Assembly: GCA_039815375.1 (NCBI GenBank)
Contig: JBCBZJ010000024.1
Location: 1 to 45,171 of the forward strand
Direction: 5' to 3'
DNA from: Verrucomicrobiota bacterium
GTDB lineage: Bacteria; Verrucomicrobiota; Verrucomicrobiia; Opitutales; Coraliomargaritaceae
Length of the DNA stretch: 45,171 bases
This document shows, in pieces, positions 21,001 to 30,478 of this stretch. Within the stretch, counting starts at the first letter, position 1. Each line of letters opens with the position of its first letter. The notes under the pieces were generated by a model. That model saw only the letters and a list, made by a program, of their open reading frames with translations. It was not told the DNA's origin and did no database searches. The translations under genes were made by a program, and so were the position numbers.

Positions 21001-21017
21001 CAATTCACTCCGTTCGA
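21001..21017. repeat. Left copy of 17-bp imperfect inverted repeat bounding the caspase island
   Basis: CAATTCACTCCGTTCGA matches the reverse complement of 26394-26410 (TCGAACGGAGCGAATTG) at 16/17 positions. Confidence 0.6.
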
Positions 21018-21055
21018 GACAACCCTCAACAATTATCCTATCCGAGAAAAACTAA

Positions 21056-22996
21056 TCAATAGACCTGAGTCGCCTCTTCTTCAGGCAACGGCAATCTCAA
21101 AAGGTCGGAATCAATTTCAGCCTGAACACGTCCATCACCTGTCGACACCGCTTTTGCGGTCAGCCGAAACTCAATGATCTCTTTAGGTTGAAGTATCGGA
21201 TACGGAGCAAAACTGATCGAATTTCCCGATATAACTCCCTTAGTATTCCCAGCAGCGGATTGGATATAAAATTCGGGTGGCACCTGGATGTTTAAACGCA
21301 CATTAAAATCTGGCCCAGTCCCTTGGTTTGTAATTTGGATTACGTAAGTGGTCTCTTCTCCAACTAGAATAGGATCCTCCGTATCTATCATTTCCAAAAG
21401 TAGAGCTGGATAACCCTTCCATTCGGTGCACACATCGTCCGAGGAAACCAGACCATAAGCCCCGGAGGCAGCACTTACCTGATGACAAAAGACTCCCGGT
21501 TGTGTACCAACCACTTCAAAGTCATAAGTCTTCAGTTCACCCGCTTCAAGACTCGCTTTCCACTTCAAAATCCCATCGGAAACATCCATGTCTGCTTTAG
21601 GTGTTGAAATAAAATAATTTGCCTCAGGTATCGTTTGCGTGATCTCGATATCTGTTAAGGGAACCCCGCCAACATTCCCAACCTGAACAGAATATGTAGC
21701 TTTCTTTCCTAAGAATTGCATCGGTGTTCCATCCAATCGGACTTCAAGCTGGGGTTTCACCACCGCCACACATCCCTGTGATTCGGCCGAATCCGCATTT
21801 GAGGCAAAGGCTAATACTTTCGTGCAGAATGTCCCAGCATCGGACGATTCTGTGTTCAGCGTAAGCGTTCGACTTTCGCCGGGTGCCAAGGTTCCAATCT
21901 GCGTCGACAGCATATTTACTCCGCTAGGGTGTGAGATTCCATCCGCAAGATGAACGTCAACAACCACGTCATAAGCGCAAATCTTACCAGCATTTAAGAG
22001 ACTAACCTCCCATGGCAAACCACTACCAAGAAACACCTGCTCATGGGGCGCGCTTACTTCCAAAACGAGATTCGGGGAACCGGCAACAGCAGTGGTATTC
22101 GCGGCAGGGAAAACGCTTATATCACGTTCATGTTTTGGGCTTTTCTGCTCAACCGCCTTAAGTCTCATACGTAAACGATACTCCTTACCTTTTTCGAGAT
22201 TACGAAGACTCCAGTAGGCTTCGTTGCCGCTCAACTCGATCTCTGGTTTCGAGCTGAGATATTCGGAAGCGTCCGGAATCAGGGTCTTTACGACGACAAG
22301 ATCCACATCGTCTTTAGCAGTGAGTAGAAACTCCCAATCATACGACCTGCCTTTATAAAATCTTTTGGGGAGCCGGTCCTCTAAACGAACCAGATAATGG
22401 TCGATTGCACCGGGTCCAGAGTTCGACGACGGTTCAACCAAACCGTAAAGCGCGCCACCCGCATAAGGTAACAGGTCCATCGTCGCAGTGCTTTTTAGTT
22501 CCCCAAGGGCAGTGGGCTTTAATTCGAGGGACAATGATCTTATCTCACCAGCCGACAGGGAACGTAAAATCCACAGAGCCTCATTCCCTGAGACCTGCGC
22601 AGGTGGCTCGCTCGAAACATATTCAGCCCCAGCTGGAATTTGCTCACGTATGACTGCATTCTTTAATCGATCTTTTGCTCTAAATTGCAACTGAACAGAG
22701 TAGCTCGAATCGACATGAATTGAGCTCGGTGCGATTTTTTCCAATCGCCCATGATACTGGTCAATGTAATCAGAGCTGCGCCCGTCACCACAATCTCCGG
22801 TAGACTCTTCTGCTATCCGATCTGATGGACCCCTATCTCTAATATGGCGATTGACCGACGGAACCCTCAAGTTGAAGACGGTCGTCTCCGGAGAATCACT
22901 GACCGTAAAATTCTTTCCGTTATCAGACGAGTATACTTCGCTGGAAAGAAATACCAGAGAGATTACGAAACCGATTATTGAGATTTGAGTCTTCAT
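21056..22996 (-). CDS. Exported DUF11-repeat protein, chlamydial OmcB-like
   Basis: Signal peptide; repeated Ig-like DUF11 modules (IPAGAEYVSSEP..LWILRSLSAGE; ITQTIPE..LKWKASLEAGE); C-terminal WKGYPALLLEMIDTEDPILVGEETTYVIQITNQGT...EEATQVY resembles the OmcB C-terminal module. AGGAGG RBS; 6 nt downstream of the caspase gene. Confidence 0.8.
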   Translation of the reverse strand: MKTQISIIGFVISLVFLSSEVYSSDNGKNFTVSDSPETTVFNLRVPSVNRHIRDRGPSDRIAEESTGDCGDGRSSDYIDQYHGRLEKIAPSSIHVDSSYSVQLQFRAKDRLKNAVIREQIPAGAEYVSSEPPAQVSGNEALWILRSLSAGEIRSLSLELKPTALGELKSTATMDLLPYAGGALYGLVEPSSNSGPGAIDHYLVRLEDRLPKRFYKGRSYDWEFLLTAKDDVDLVVVKTLIPDASEYLSSKPEIELSGNEAYWSLRNLEKGKEYRLRMRLKAVEQKSPKHERDISVFPAANTTAVAGSPNLVLEVSAPHEQVFLGSGLPWEVSLLNAGKICAYDVVVDVHLADGISHPSGVNMLSTQIGTLAPGESRTLTLNTESSDAGTFCTKVLAFASNADSAESQGCVAVVKPQLEVRLDGTPMQFLGKKATYSVQVGNVGGVPLTDIEITQTIPEANYFISTPKADMDVSDGILKWKASLEAGELKTYDFEVVGTQPGVFCHQVSAASGAYGLVSSDDVCTEWKGYPALLLEMIDTEDPILVGEETTYVIQITNQGTGPDFNVRLNIQVPPEFYIQSAAGNTKGVISGNSISFAPYPILQPKEIIEFRLTAKAVSTGDGRVQAEIDSDLLRLPLPEEEATQVY

Positions 22997-23002
22997 TTCC
23001 TC

Positions 23003-25756
23003 CTAATCAGACAGACTAATTGCGATCCGAAATCCGATTTGATTCGACCTGAAATCCTCTTGGTGAGCGTCACGGGCAGCAGATCGGCAAAAGGAAGCAT
23101 CATCCTGCCAACCACCACCACGAATACTCCGATAACCCGCGAACACACTTGCGTAGCTATCTGCGCACCACTCCCAGACGTTCCCATGCATGTCGTAAAA
23201 GCCCCACTCGTTAGGACGCTTACTTCCGACAGTTGCAGTGCTATCCGTTCGAAACCGCGCCATCGCTTCCAGAACACCTGCATGAGCTCCCACCGAACCT
23301 GCGCGGCAGGCAAACTCCCATTGCTCCTCGGAAGGGAGGCCAATAGAGTAACCTTCCGGCATGACACCTTTTTCACGGGCAATACGGTTTAAAACACGAC
23401 AGAACTCCGCAGCACCACCCCACGACACGCTCTCAACCGGAAAATCGTCTCCTCGGTGATGGCTCGGGTTTTCGCTTATAATCGAGCCCCATTGAGCCTG
23501 TGAAATTTCAGTCTCGCTTAACCAAAACCCATTTTGGATTTCCACGTCGCGAAGCGTTTCATCGGGTTGTCGGCCCATTTCACCCTCCGGACTTCCCATT
23601 CTAAATGAGCCAGGTTCCACCCACTTCATTATTATCCCCTTCTTCGCATATGGAACGCTCAACACCTGATCTATTCCTGGTTCAAAAACAGGATATCTTT
23701 CAAGCGGAACAATCAGGTCGAATGACTCATTGGGCGCAAACTCTCGTCGCAATTCATAAGGACGGAAGCCAGGTGCAGAGACCCGTAAGTCTAGAGGTTG
23801 CCCCACATCAAGGAGAATGCGCTCCTGGTTTTCCTGATCAGGGACTTCGCCATTAACAGTTAATTTGAAATCAGTATCTTCAGGAACTACTTTCAAATTC
23901 AATACCGCTGGCTTCGGAACGAGCAAAACCTCTGTCCGACTTGATTCGGCGTCCACTATTGTGACAGTCGAATCCCACACTTCATAATTCGGATGCTCGA
24001 TTCGCACTTCGACTTCACTTGGTATGAGTCCTTCAAAAACCATAGTACGAGACGATTTGACCTCTGAAACCCCGACCGATTTGCCATCAAAATAGAAAAC
24101 CATATCGGATGGATCTAATTCCGCATTTTGAAGATTAAATTCCGCACTGCCACTAAAGGGAACTAGAGTCAGGTCCAGACTTCGGGACTCATTGGGATCT
24201 AAGGTCACGATCACCTCAAAGGGTCTATAACCTCCCTTACTGGCAGCGATGCGAAGTTCCTTACCGGAAGGAAGGGGTATGTCATCAAGGGGCGTCTCGC
24301 CGATGGAAACTGAATTGACAAGAATCGACACGGACTCGACGGCGGAAGAAAAACTCATCCTCCCGTCAAGCGGAACCAGTGGAGCGTTCAGAGTCGTATT
24401 TTGTCCTTCGCCCAACCTCAGCCCCGGGAGCTCTTTTCCGAGAAAGTTCTCATTTTCGAAAACAAACTTGTAACTACCTTCTGTGATCCTGCTATCCTCA
24501 ACGACCAAAACCCCCTCCTGATTCGTTTCGCCCAAGTCGATTTCTCCCAGGTCCGGATGATCCTCGCTTATCGCGACAATCTTTGTCCCCGGTTCAGTCC
24601 TAATTTCGACATTTGCCCAGAGAGGGATTAGCAAACACTCCTCGCTTCCCGATCCAGCGTTTCCAGCGCGGACTCTGGTATCGAAATTCTGATACCCGGG
24701 CGCAACCACTTTGAGCCGATACTCCCCCTGCTGGAGGTCCTTGATTTTAAGCAGTCCCGAACCCACCGAGGAATATTCCGAATCGCCGATTAGAATTTTG
24801 GCCGCAACATGCGGAGGGTCAATTTTCAGCCTGAATACTCCCCAATAGTTAAGGTAGTAATAGGAGCCCCCAAGCACCAACGAAGCAACAACAGAAACAA
24901 GCGCTACCCAACCAAAAGCAGATTTCTTTTCTTTTGGTTTGAAAGATGATTCAACCGCAGGTGACTCCTCCTCACGTATCTGCTTGCTAACGAACGGCAA
25001 AAGAAAATCACCTGAGCCCTCCATGGTCATAAATGGCGTCTGTGTTTTTCCGTGTAGTTTTAAAGCGGTTTGAGTAACTAAAGGCCTGACCTCGGATGCA
25101 ATTTGAGCAATGCCACGTGAACCATTTTCCAACGCATCGAGCAAATGGGCTGTAAAAACTCCCTGCTTACGCTCTCCCCATTCCCATGCATATTCGTACT
25201 CGGAACATGAATTCAAGATCGCAACCGAACGATTGAACTGATCCGAGCCTTCGTCACTTTGGCTCATACTCCGGACGAGATCGCCAAATATTTCTTCTTC
25301 TCCGTGAGCCATGCTTCTTCCAGCGGCACTCCTACCCGAAGAAACACTGCGACAGCAGTCCAGAATCAGTAGTTTATCTTTTGCTTGGACTCGACTTAGC
25401 TTCTCTTCAACGCTCGTGAAGCTGACTCCGGAAACCTGAATATCTGTATCATTGGAATCAATCGCACACAAAAATCGCTTCCCTTGCTCTGCAAGAATTC
25501 CGTGGCCCCAGAAACCCAAAATAACAAGTTCCAACTCACCCAGCTCACTCAACCGATCCAACTGTCGATCAATGTTAAGACGGGTCGGCTTAAGTCCTGC
25601 CACAGAATCACAATCCATTATCGTGATCTCGGAAGCATCAAAGCCATACCTTGCGGCGAAACACGCTTCAATCCCGTGAGCATCATTCTTCGCGAACTGG
25701 AGGTGCCCTAAATGATCGTATTTATTGATCCCAATCAATAATGCGTGCTTCTTCAT
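23003..25756 (-). CDS. Membrane-anchored caspase-family (C14) peptidase with PEGA-like repeats and C-terminal FGE-sulfatase (SUMF1) domain
   Basis: KHALLIGINKY..LQFAKNDA, FWGHG and LILDCCR (His-Cys dyad), GVFTAHLLDAL, QTP; one TM (FGWVALVSVVASLVLGGSYYYL); PEGA-like segments; FRMGSP..SETEISQAQW..PVESVSW..LPSEEQWEFACRAG..DMHGNVWEWC..IRGGGW..IGFRI. Alternative ATG at 25780. Confidence 0.9.
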   Translation of the reverse strand: MKKHALLIGINKYDHLGHLQFAKNDAHGIEACFAARYGFDASEITIMDCDSVAGLKPTRLNIDRQLDRLSELGELELVILGFWGHGILAEQGKRFLCAIDSNDTDIQVSGVSFTSVEEKLSRVQAKDKLLILDCCRSVSSGRSAAGRSMAHGEEEIFGDLVRSMSQSDEGSDQFNRSVAILNSCSEYEYAWEWGERKQGVFTAHLLDALENGSRGIAQIASEVRPLVTQTALKLHGKTQTPFMTMEGSGDFLLPFVSKQIREEESPAVESSFKPKEKKSAFGWVALVSVVASLVLGGSYYYLNYWGVFRLKIDPPHVAAKILIGDSEYSSVGSGLLKIKDLQQGEYRLKVVAPGYQNFDTRVRAGNAGSGSEECLLIPLWANVEIRTEPGTKIVAISEDHPDLGEIDLGETNQEGVLVVEDSRITEGSYKFVFENENFLGKELPGLRLGEGQNTTLNAPLVPLDGRMSFSSAVESVSILVNSVSIGETPLDDIPLPSGKELRIAASKGGYRPFEVIVTLDPNESRSLDLTLVPFSGSAEFNLQNAELDPSDMVFYFDGKSVGVSEVKSSRTMVFEGLIPSEVEVRIEHPNYEVWDSTVTIVDAESSRTEVLLVPKPAVLNLKVVPEDTDFKLTVNGEVPDQENQERILLDVGQPLDLRVSAPGFRPYELRREFAPNESFDLIVPLERYPVFEPGIDQVLSVPYAKKGIIMKWVEPGSFRMGSPEGEMGRQPDETLRDVEIQNGFWLSETEISQAQWGSIISENPSHHRGDDFPVESVSWGGAAEFCRVLNRIAREKGVMPEGYSIGLPSEEQWEFACRAGSVGAHAGVLEAMARFRTDSTATVGSKRPNEWGFYDMHGNVWEWCADSYASVFAGYRSIRGGGWQDDASFCRSAARDAHQEDFRSNQIGFRIAISLSD

Positions 25757-25986
25757 CGAGAGCTGTGGAGTAACAATCATTTTTCTTGATTCAATAGATA
25801 TAAATTACAAACGCCGTTATGTCCTCATGTATAAACCGTTAATTACTATGAATTCTAGTTCATCAATGATTTTTTGAGAATCGCCCACAACGACAATCAC
25901 TGAACTATAAATCACGTTTTTTCATAGAATTGGTCTATAAAAAAATGCCTAGCATAATCTATGCTAAGAATTATCTCTCTAACACA

Positions 25987-26352
25987 ATGGAAGTATATGA
26001 AATAGCAATATTTGGAGCCATCGGCTCTCTGGCAGGTGAATCTACCAAGGTTTTTCATAGCCTTTACTCCATGAGTGACAGCCGGTTTAAAAAAATGCTT
26101 AGAAGTCCAAAATTGTATTCAATGGTCGCAATTCTTGCGATCATTGGTGCTGTCGGTGCACTGGTAATCAACGGGCAACAACCCACATCAATCAGTCAGG
26201 CCCTCGCAACAGGAGTGTGCTCTTTCGCTACGCTGAGTTCTATGAAAGGCATAACCGTGGCCAAATTTGAAAAAGAGAAGAGGAAACATTCTCGTTCGGC
26301 TGCTACGACTCAAGATCAGGGTCAACCGATACGGTGGACTGACGTATTTTAG
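25987..26352 (+). CDS. Small hypothetical membrane protein (about 3 hydrophobic segments, basic C-terminal tail)
   Basis: 121 aa from ATG 25987; hydrophobic IAIFGAIGSLAG, MVAILAIIGAVGALVI, ALATGVCSFATL; tail KFEKEKRKHSRSAATTQDQGQPIRWTDVF. Confidence 0.7.
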   Translation: MEVYEIAIFGAIGSLAGESTKVFHSLYSMSDSRFKKMLRSPKLYSMVAILAIIGAVGALVINGQQPTSISQALATGVCSFATLSSMKGITVAKFEKEKRKHSRSAATTQDQGQPIRWTDVF

Positions 26353-26393
26353 TCTAATCTCCAGAGCCAACCAAAGGTGAAGTCCCCGCACTT

Positions 26394-26495
<102 letters not shown>

Positions 26496-26511
26496 ACGAA
26501 TCGAAGCCGAG

Positions 26512-26540
26512 AGAAAAGGAATGCGATACGAGCCTGTCAA
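26512..26540 (-). promoter_or_regulatory. Putative sigma70 promoter of tRNA-Leu
   Basis: Minus strand TTGACA, 17-nt spacer, TTTTCT just upstream of the tRNA. The -35 is perfect, the -10 is weak. Confidence 0.4.
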
Positions 26541-26621
26541 GCAAAGGTAGGGACAGGCTACCCCACCCCCAGCCGTCTGAGATACTTTGCAAACACCAGA
26601 GGACAGGCGTCTCCACCATCC

Positions 26622-26654
26622 AAAAAAAGCCGACTCGATGAAGAGTCGGCTTTT
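26622..26654 (-). terminator. Rho-independent terminator after rplT (possibly bidirectional)
   Basis: AAAAAAAGCCGACTC-GATGAA-GAGTCGGCTTTT. Confidence 0.85.
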
Positions 26655-26684
26655 GTAAAGTTGTTACGCGTTCGTTCTTGCGAG

Positions 26685-27044
26685 CTAGGCGGCGTTGGCT
26701 TCCTTGGCCTTCTCAATAAGAGAGAGGAAGGCGGTCTCGTCGTGAATCGCGAGCTCGGAGAGCTGCTTGCGGTCCATCTCGATACCGGCAGCCTTCAGAC
26801 CGTGCATGAAACGGCTGTAGTTGATGCCATTGTTACGGCAAATTGCATTGATACGAACGATCCAGAGTTGACGGAACTCGGACTTCTTCTTGCGGCGGTC
26901 GCGGTAAGCATAGACTTCAGCGCGATCGACGGCGTCCTTCGCATAGCGGAAGAGACGGGATTTATTTCCGAAGTAGCCCTTGGCTTTCTTCAGAACTTTT
27001 TTGCGACGTGCGAGTGTCGCGGGACCATTGGTGGCTCTAGGCAT
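26685..27044 (-). CDS. rplT: 50S ribosomal protein L20
   Basis: [53 protein letters not shown]. Confidence 0.98.
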   Translation of the reverse strand: MPRATNGPATLARRKKVLKKAKGYFGNKSRLFRYAKDAVDRAEVYAYRDRRKKKSEFRQLWIVRINAICRNNGINYSRFMHGLKAAGIEMDRKQLSELAIHDETAFLSLIEKAKEANAA

Positions 27045-27143
27045 GTTTTATATATCTCTCGTTTAGGTCGCTGCTGGGTCGCCCATTTTCATGTTACCCG
27101 GCGAGCGTGAGTTCTAGTTGTCAAACGTTTCAGCGTGGGGAGC

Positions 27144-27335
27144 TTAAGCGAACGGCATCGCACGCTTGAGGTCGGCAGCCTGCCCGTCAGCGACGAGTTT
27201 GCTGCTACCTGCACGGCGGCGTTGCTTGACGCTCTTGTTGCGAAGAAGGTGGCGGTGACCCGGCGTGCGACGCAGGAGTTTACCGGTGCCTGTCTTCTTG
27301 AAGCGTTTGGCGATGGATTTGCGTGTTTTCTGCAT
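27144..27335 (-). CDS. rpmI: 50S ribosomal protein L35
   Basis: MQKTRKSIAKRFKKTGTGKLLRRTPGHRHLL; directly upstream of rplT. Confidence 0.97.
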   Translation of the reverse strand: MQKTRKSIAKRFKKTGTGKLLRRTPGHRHLLRNKSVKQRRRAGSSKLVADGQAADLKRAMPFA

Positions 27336-27420
27336 GAGAAATCTGGAAAAGAGGAGGAAAACATCGACGCACAGGCACCTTGTAAAGCTCTAATTCCTCA
27401 TTTCTTGTGGGCAGAAAGAA

Positions 27421-28134
27421 TTGATTTCTGTTCCATGCATCGGCAATGGATTCGCTATCGAAGCCTCATTTACAGTCATCCTTAGCGGCAGCACGAGCGG
27501 GCGCATACGTAAGCTCGCCGGTTTCCAAAAGCACCACCACGTGCCGGACGCCATAAGCGATGCGGCACAGAGCTTCGTTCGCAAAGTTGGCTCGGAGTAT
27601 GTCAAAATGCTGGCTGACGGCCTTTACAATGACATTCGTGGGGCATTCGGTTACAAACGAAGAGAATTCGATTATAGCTGCGAAGAGGGTCTCGCCACAA
27701 TCAAAACACCGGATTTCGATGCAGAGGTATGCGTTGACCAAAGCACTGAAGATGCAAAAAAATATGTGCTGATCACCCAGCTAACTGCACTGCACAACGC
27801 GGAGGTCGCCACAAATCCGGCCTTGCACGCCTGCTTCAATCACCATTGCGAGGTGCTCGTTGTACATTTCCCGAAGGCCATCCAGTTGGAGGACAAGATC
27901 GATGCGATTGAGGAAAACGACACCCTCGCCGAGTCCCTGACTTACGAACCGGACGGCAGCTGCTTTGAACTGAAATTGCCCGAACTCGACCTGAGGATTT
28001 CGGTCGATGCATGGACAATGCGCTTCCAACTACTTACGCTTCGCAACCTCTCGAAACTTCTTGAACACAGCCAACGCGCCTTCGATATCCTGACTGAGTG
28101 CGGCTTCGAACTACGCCTTTCCACAGAAAACTAA
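27421..28134 (+). CDS. Hypothetical protein (start uncertain)
   Basis: 237-aa ORF filling the gap between rpmI and pyrB with protein-like composition; no family recognised. Confidence 0.65.
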   Translation: MISVPCIGNGFAIEASFTVILSGSTSGRIRKLAGFQKHHHVPDAISDAAQSFVRKVGSEYVKMLADGLYNDIRGAFGYKRREFDYSCEEGLATIKTPDFDAEVCVDQSTEDAKKYVLITQLTALHNAEVATNPALHACFNHHCEVLVVHFPKAIQLEDKIDAIEENDTLAESLTYEPDGSCFELKLPELDLRISVDAWTMRFQLLTLRNLSKLLEHSQRAFDILTECGFELRLSTEN

Positions 28135-28206
28135 AATCGCGAAATTCTCGTTGCCCTTTCACCGACACGGCTCAAGTTCCGACGTCAAAGCACGTATTAT
28201 TACCTG

Positions 28207-29169
28207 ATGAGTCAAAGCCTAGTCTGGAACCGGAAAGACCTGATCGATGTCGAGCCGCTTTCGCGCGACGAAATCGAAACTATTTTCACGGCCGCCACCG
28301 CGTTTAAGAAGACGATGGAGGCCGACGACAAAAAGCAGCCCTATCTCGAAGGGCGCACCGTCGTGAATTTGTTTCTTGAACCAAGCACACGGACGCGCCT
28401 CGCCTTCGAAGTCGCCGCCAGCCGACTCAGCGCAGACACGATTACAGTGACCGGGGCTGCCAGCAGCTTAACAAAGGGCGAAACTCTCCGCGACACGGCA
28501 CGCAATATGGAAGCACTGAAGGCCGACATGATCATCATGCGCCACTCCGCTTCGGGTGCACCGAACTACCTTAGCAAAGTCATCGATATTCCCGTGATCA
28601 ACGCCGGCGACGGTTCACATGCACACCCCACTCAGGCTTTATTGGATGCCTTCACCTTGCTCGAGAAGCTCGGCAGTCTCGATGGCAAAAAGGTCACCAT
28701 TCTCGGGGATATCCTCTTCAGTCGTGTTGCGCGATCCAACATCTTCTGCCTAAAGGCCTTGGGCGCAGACGTGACCATCGCCGGACCGAGCACACTCGTG
28801 CCGAAAGGATTCGAAGCGCTCGGGGTGAAAGTATCCCACGACCTCCAGGAAGCGCTTGAAGATGCCGATGCTGTGATGCTTCTCCGCATCCAGCACGAGC
28901 GCCAAACCGCGACTCACTTTCCTTCGATCGGAGAATACACCAGCATGTTCGGCCTCAATAAGGCCCGCGCTGAATGGCTTAAGCCAGATGCCATTATCAT
29001 GCATCCGGGACCGATCAACCGGGGCGTTGAAATCGACTCCGAATTGGCTGACTCCAATCAGTCCGTAATCCTTGAACAAGTGACCAACGGCATCGTCGTG
29101 CGCATGGCCGTTCTTCACCTCTGTCACTGCTTCTTCAAAGGCAAGACCGCTGAACTGCCAGCAATTTAG
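28207..29169 (+). CDS. pyrB: Aspartate carbamoyltransferase catalytic subunit
   Basis: FLEPSTRTRLAFE, INAGDGSHAHPTQALLD, GDILFSRVARS, LRIQHER, MHPGPINRGVEI. Confidence 0.97.
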   Translation: MSQSLVWNRKDLIDVEPLSRDEIETIFTAATAFKKTMEADDKKQPYLEGRTVVNLFLEPSTRTRLAFEVAASRLSADTITVTGAASSLTKGETLRDTARNMEALKADMIIMRHSASGAPNYLSKVIDIPVINAGDGSHAHPTQALLDAFTLLEKLGSLDGKKVTILGDILFSRVARSNIFCLKALGADVTIAGPSTLVPKGFEALGVKVSHDLQEALEDADAVMLLRIQHERQTATHFPSIGEYTSMFGLNKARAEWLKPDAIIMHPGPINRGVEIDSELADSNQSVILEQVTNGIVVRMAVLHLCHCFFKGKTAELPAI

Positions 29170-29173
29170 TTTC

Positions 29174-30469
29174 ATGAGTGACATTCTTTGGATAACCGGC
29201 GGTCGGGTGATCGACCCAGCTAACCAACGCGACGCAATCGGCGATGTATTTGCTATCGATGGCGTATTTGTGGACAGCCTCGATCAGGCGCAGATGACAG
29301 CTGCGACCAAGTTCGATGCAAGCGGACTGGTCGTCGCTCCGGGGCTGGTCGACATCCACGTCCACTTCCGCGACCCTGGCCAAACGCACAAAGAAGACAT
29401 TGCCAGTGGTTCACGTGCAGCGGCAGCCGGCGGCTTTACTACTGTGGTATGCATGCCAAACACCAGCCCGGTTTGCGATAATGCCGGCACGATACAGCGT
29501 ATCATGGACAAGGTGGAGCGCGACTCGGTCATCAATGTTTACCCAACCGGTTGTCTCACTATCGGCATGGATGGCGAACAACTCGCACCGACCGGCCAGT
29601 TGAAAAACGCGGGCGTAGTTGCCGTCACCGACGACGGCAAATGTGTGCAGAGTAACGAAATCATGCGCCGGGCGGTGGAATACGCCAAGATGTTCGACCT
29701 TCCGATCATGGACCACTGTCAGGACGCCAGCCTGACTCGAGGCTCTGTAATGAATGAGGGTGAATGGTCGCTTCGCCTCGGACTGCGTGGTTGGCCGAAA
29801 ATTGCAGAAGACATCATCGTCGCGCGCAATGTCCTGCTTGCCGAGCTCACTGGTGCACATATCCACATGCAGCACGTCAGCTCAGCTAATTCTGTCGAGA
29901 TCCTTCGCCGAGCTATTGCACGCGGCATCTCCGTAAGTGGGGAAGCAAGCCCGCACCACATCGAATTTACAGATGCTTGTCTCAAGGACTATGACACCAA
30001 CTACAAGATGAATCCGCCTCTTCGCACCGAAGCAGATAAGGAGGCACTCATCGAAGGGCTTTGTGACGGCACACTTTGCTGCATCGCGACCGACCACGCA
30101 CCGCACAGTCCGGACGAAAAGGACCGCGAATTTGATACTGCGCCGTTCGGCATCATTGGGCTCGAGAATTCACTCGCAAGCAGCCTCGGCACACTCTACC
30201 ACAGCGGACGGCTGTCCCTTAGCGAAGTCATTGCCCTTATGACTCATAAGGGCGCAGAACTCTGCAAGCTTGATGCCGGCACATTGAGCGTCGGTGCCGC
30301 AGCCGATATTTGTATCTTTGATCCGGATGAAGAATGGACCGTCGATGCAGACCAATTCTTCAGTAAATCGCGTAACTGCCCATGGAATAGACGCACGCTG
30401 AAGGCCAAAATCAAGGGCACCTATGTCGGAGGTACGCAGGTTTTTGACGGCACCTCGATTACAGCATAG
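29174..30469 (+). CDS. pyrC: Dihydroorotase
   Basis: PGLVDIHVHFRDPG, AAAGGFTTVVCMPNT, KMNPPLR, IATDHAPH, APFGIIGLE, SKSRNCP. Confidence 0.95.
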   Translation: MSDILWITGGRVIDPANQRDAIGDVFAIDGVFVDSLDQAQMTAATKFDASGLVVAPGLVDIHVHFRDPGQTHKEDIASGSRAAAAGGFTTVVCMPNTSPVCDNAGTIQRIMDKVERDSVINVYPTGCLTIGMDGEQLAPTGQLKNAGVVAVTDDGKCVQSNEIMRRAVEYAKMFDLPIMDHCQDASLTRGSVMNEGEWSLRLGLRGWPKIAEDIIVARNVLLAELTGAHIHMQHVSSANSVEILRRAIARGISVSGEASPHHIEFTDACLKDYDTNYKMNPPLRTEADKEALIEGLCDGTLCCIATDHAPHSPDEKDREFDTAPFGIIGLENSLASSLGTLYHSGRLSLSEVIALMTHKGAELCKLDAGTLSVGAAADICIFDPDEEWTVDADQFFSKSRNCPWNRRTLKAKIKGTYVGGTQVFDGTSITA

Positions 30470-30478
30470 TATTTTTCC

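Noticed and set aside
23003..23200. FGE-fold C-terminus as a possible diversity-generating retroelement target
   Set aside because: No template repeat or reverse transcriptase in the window.
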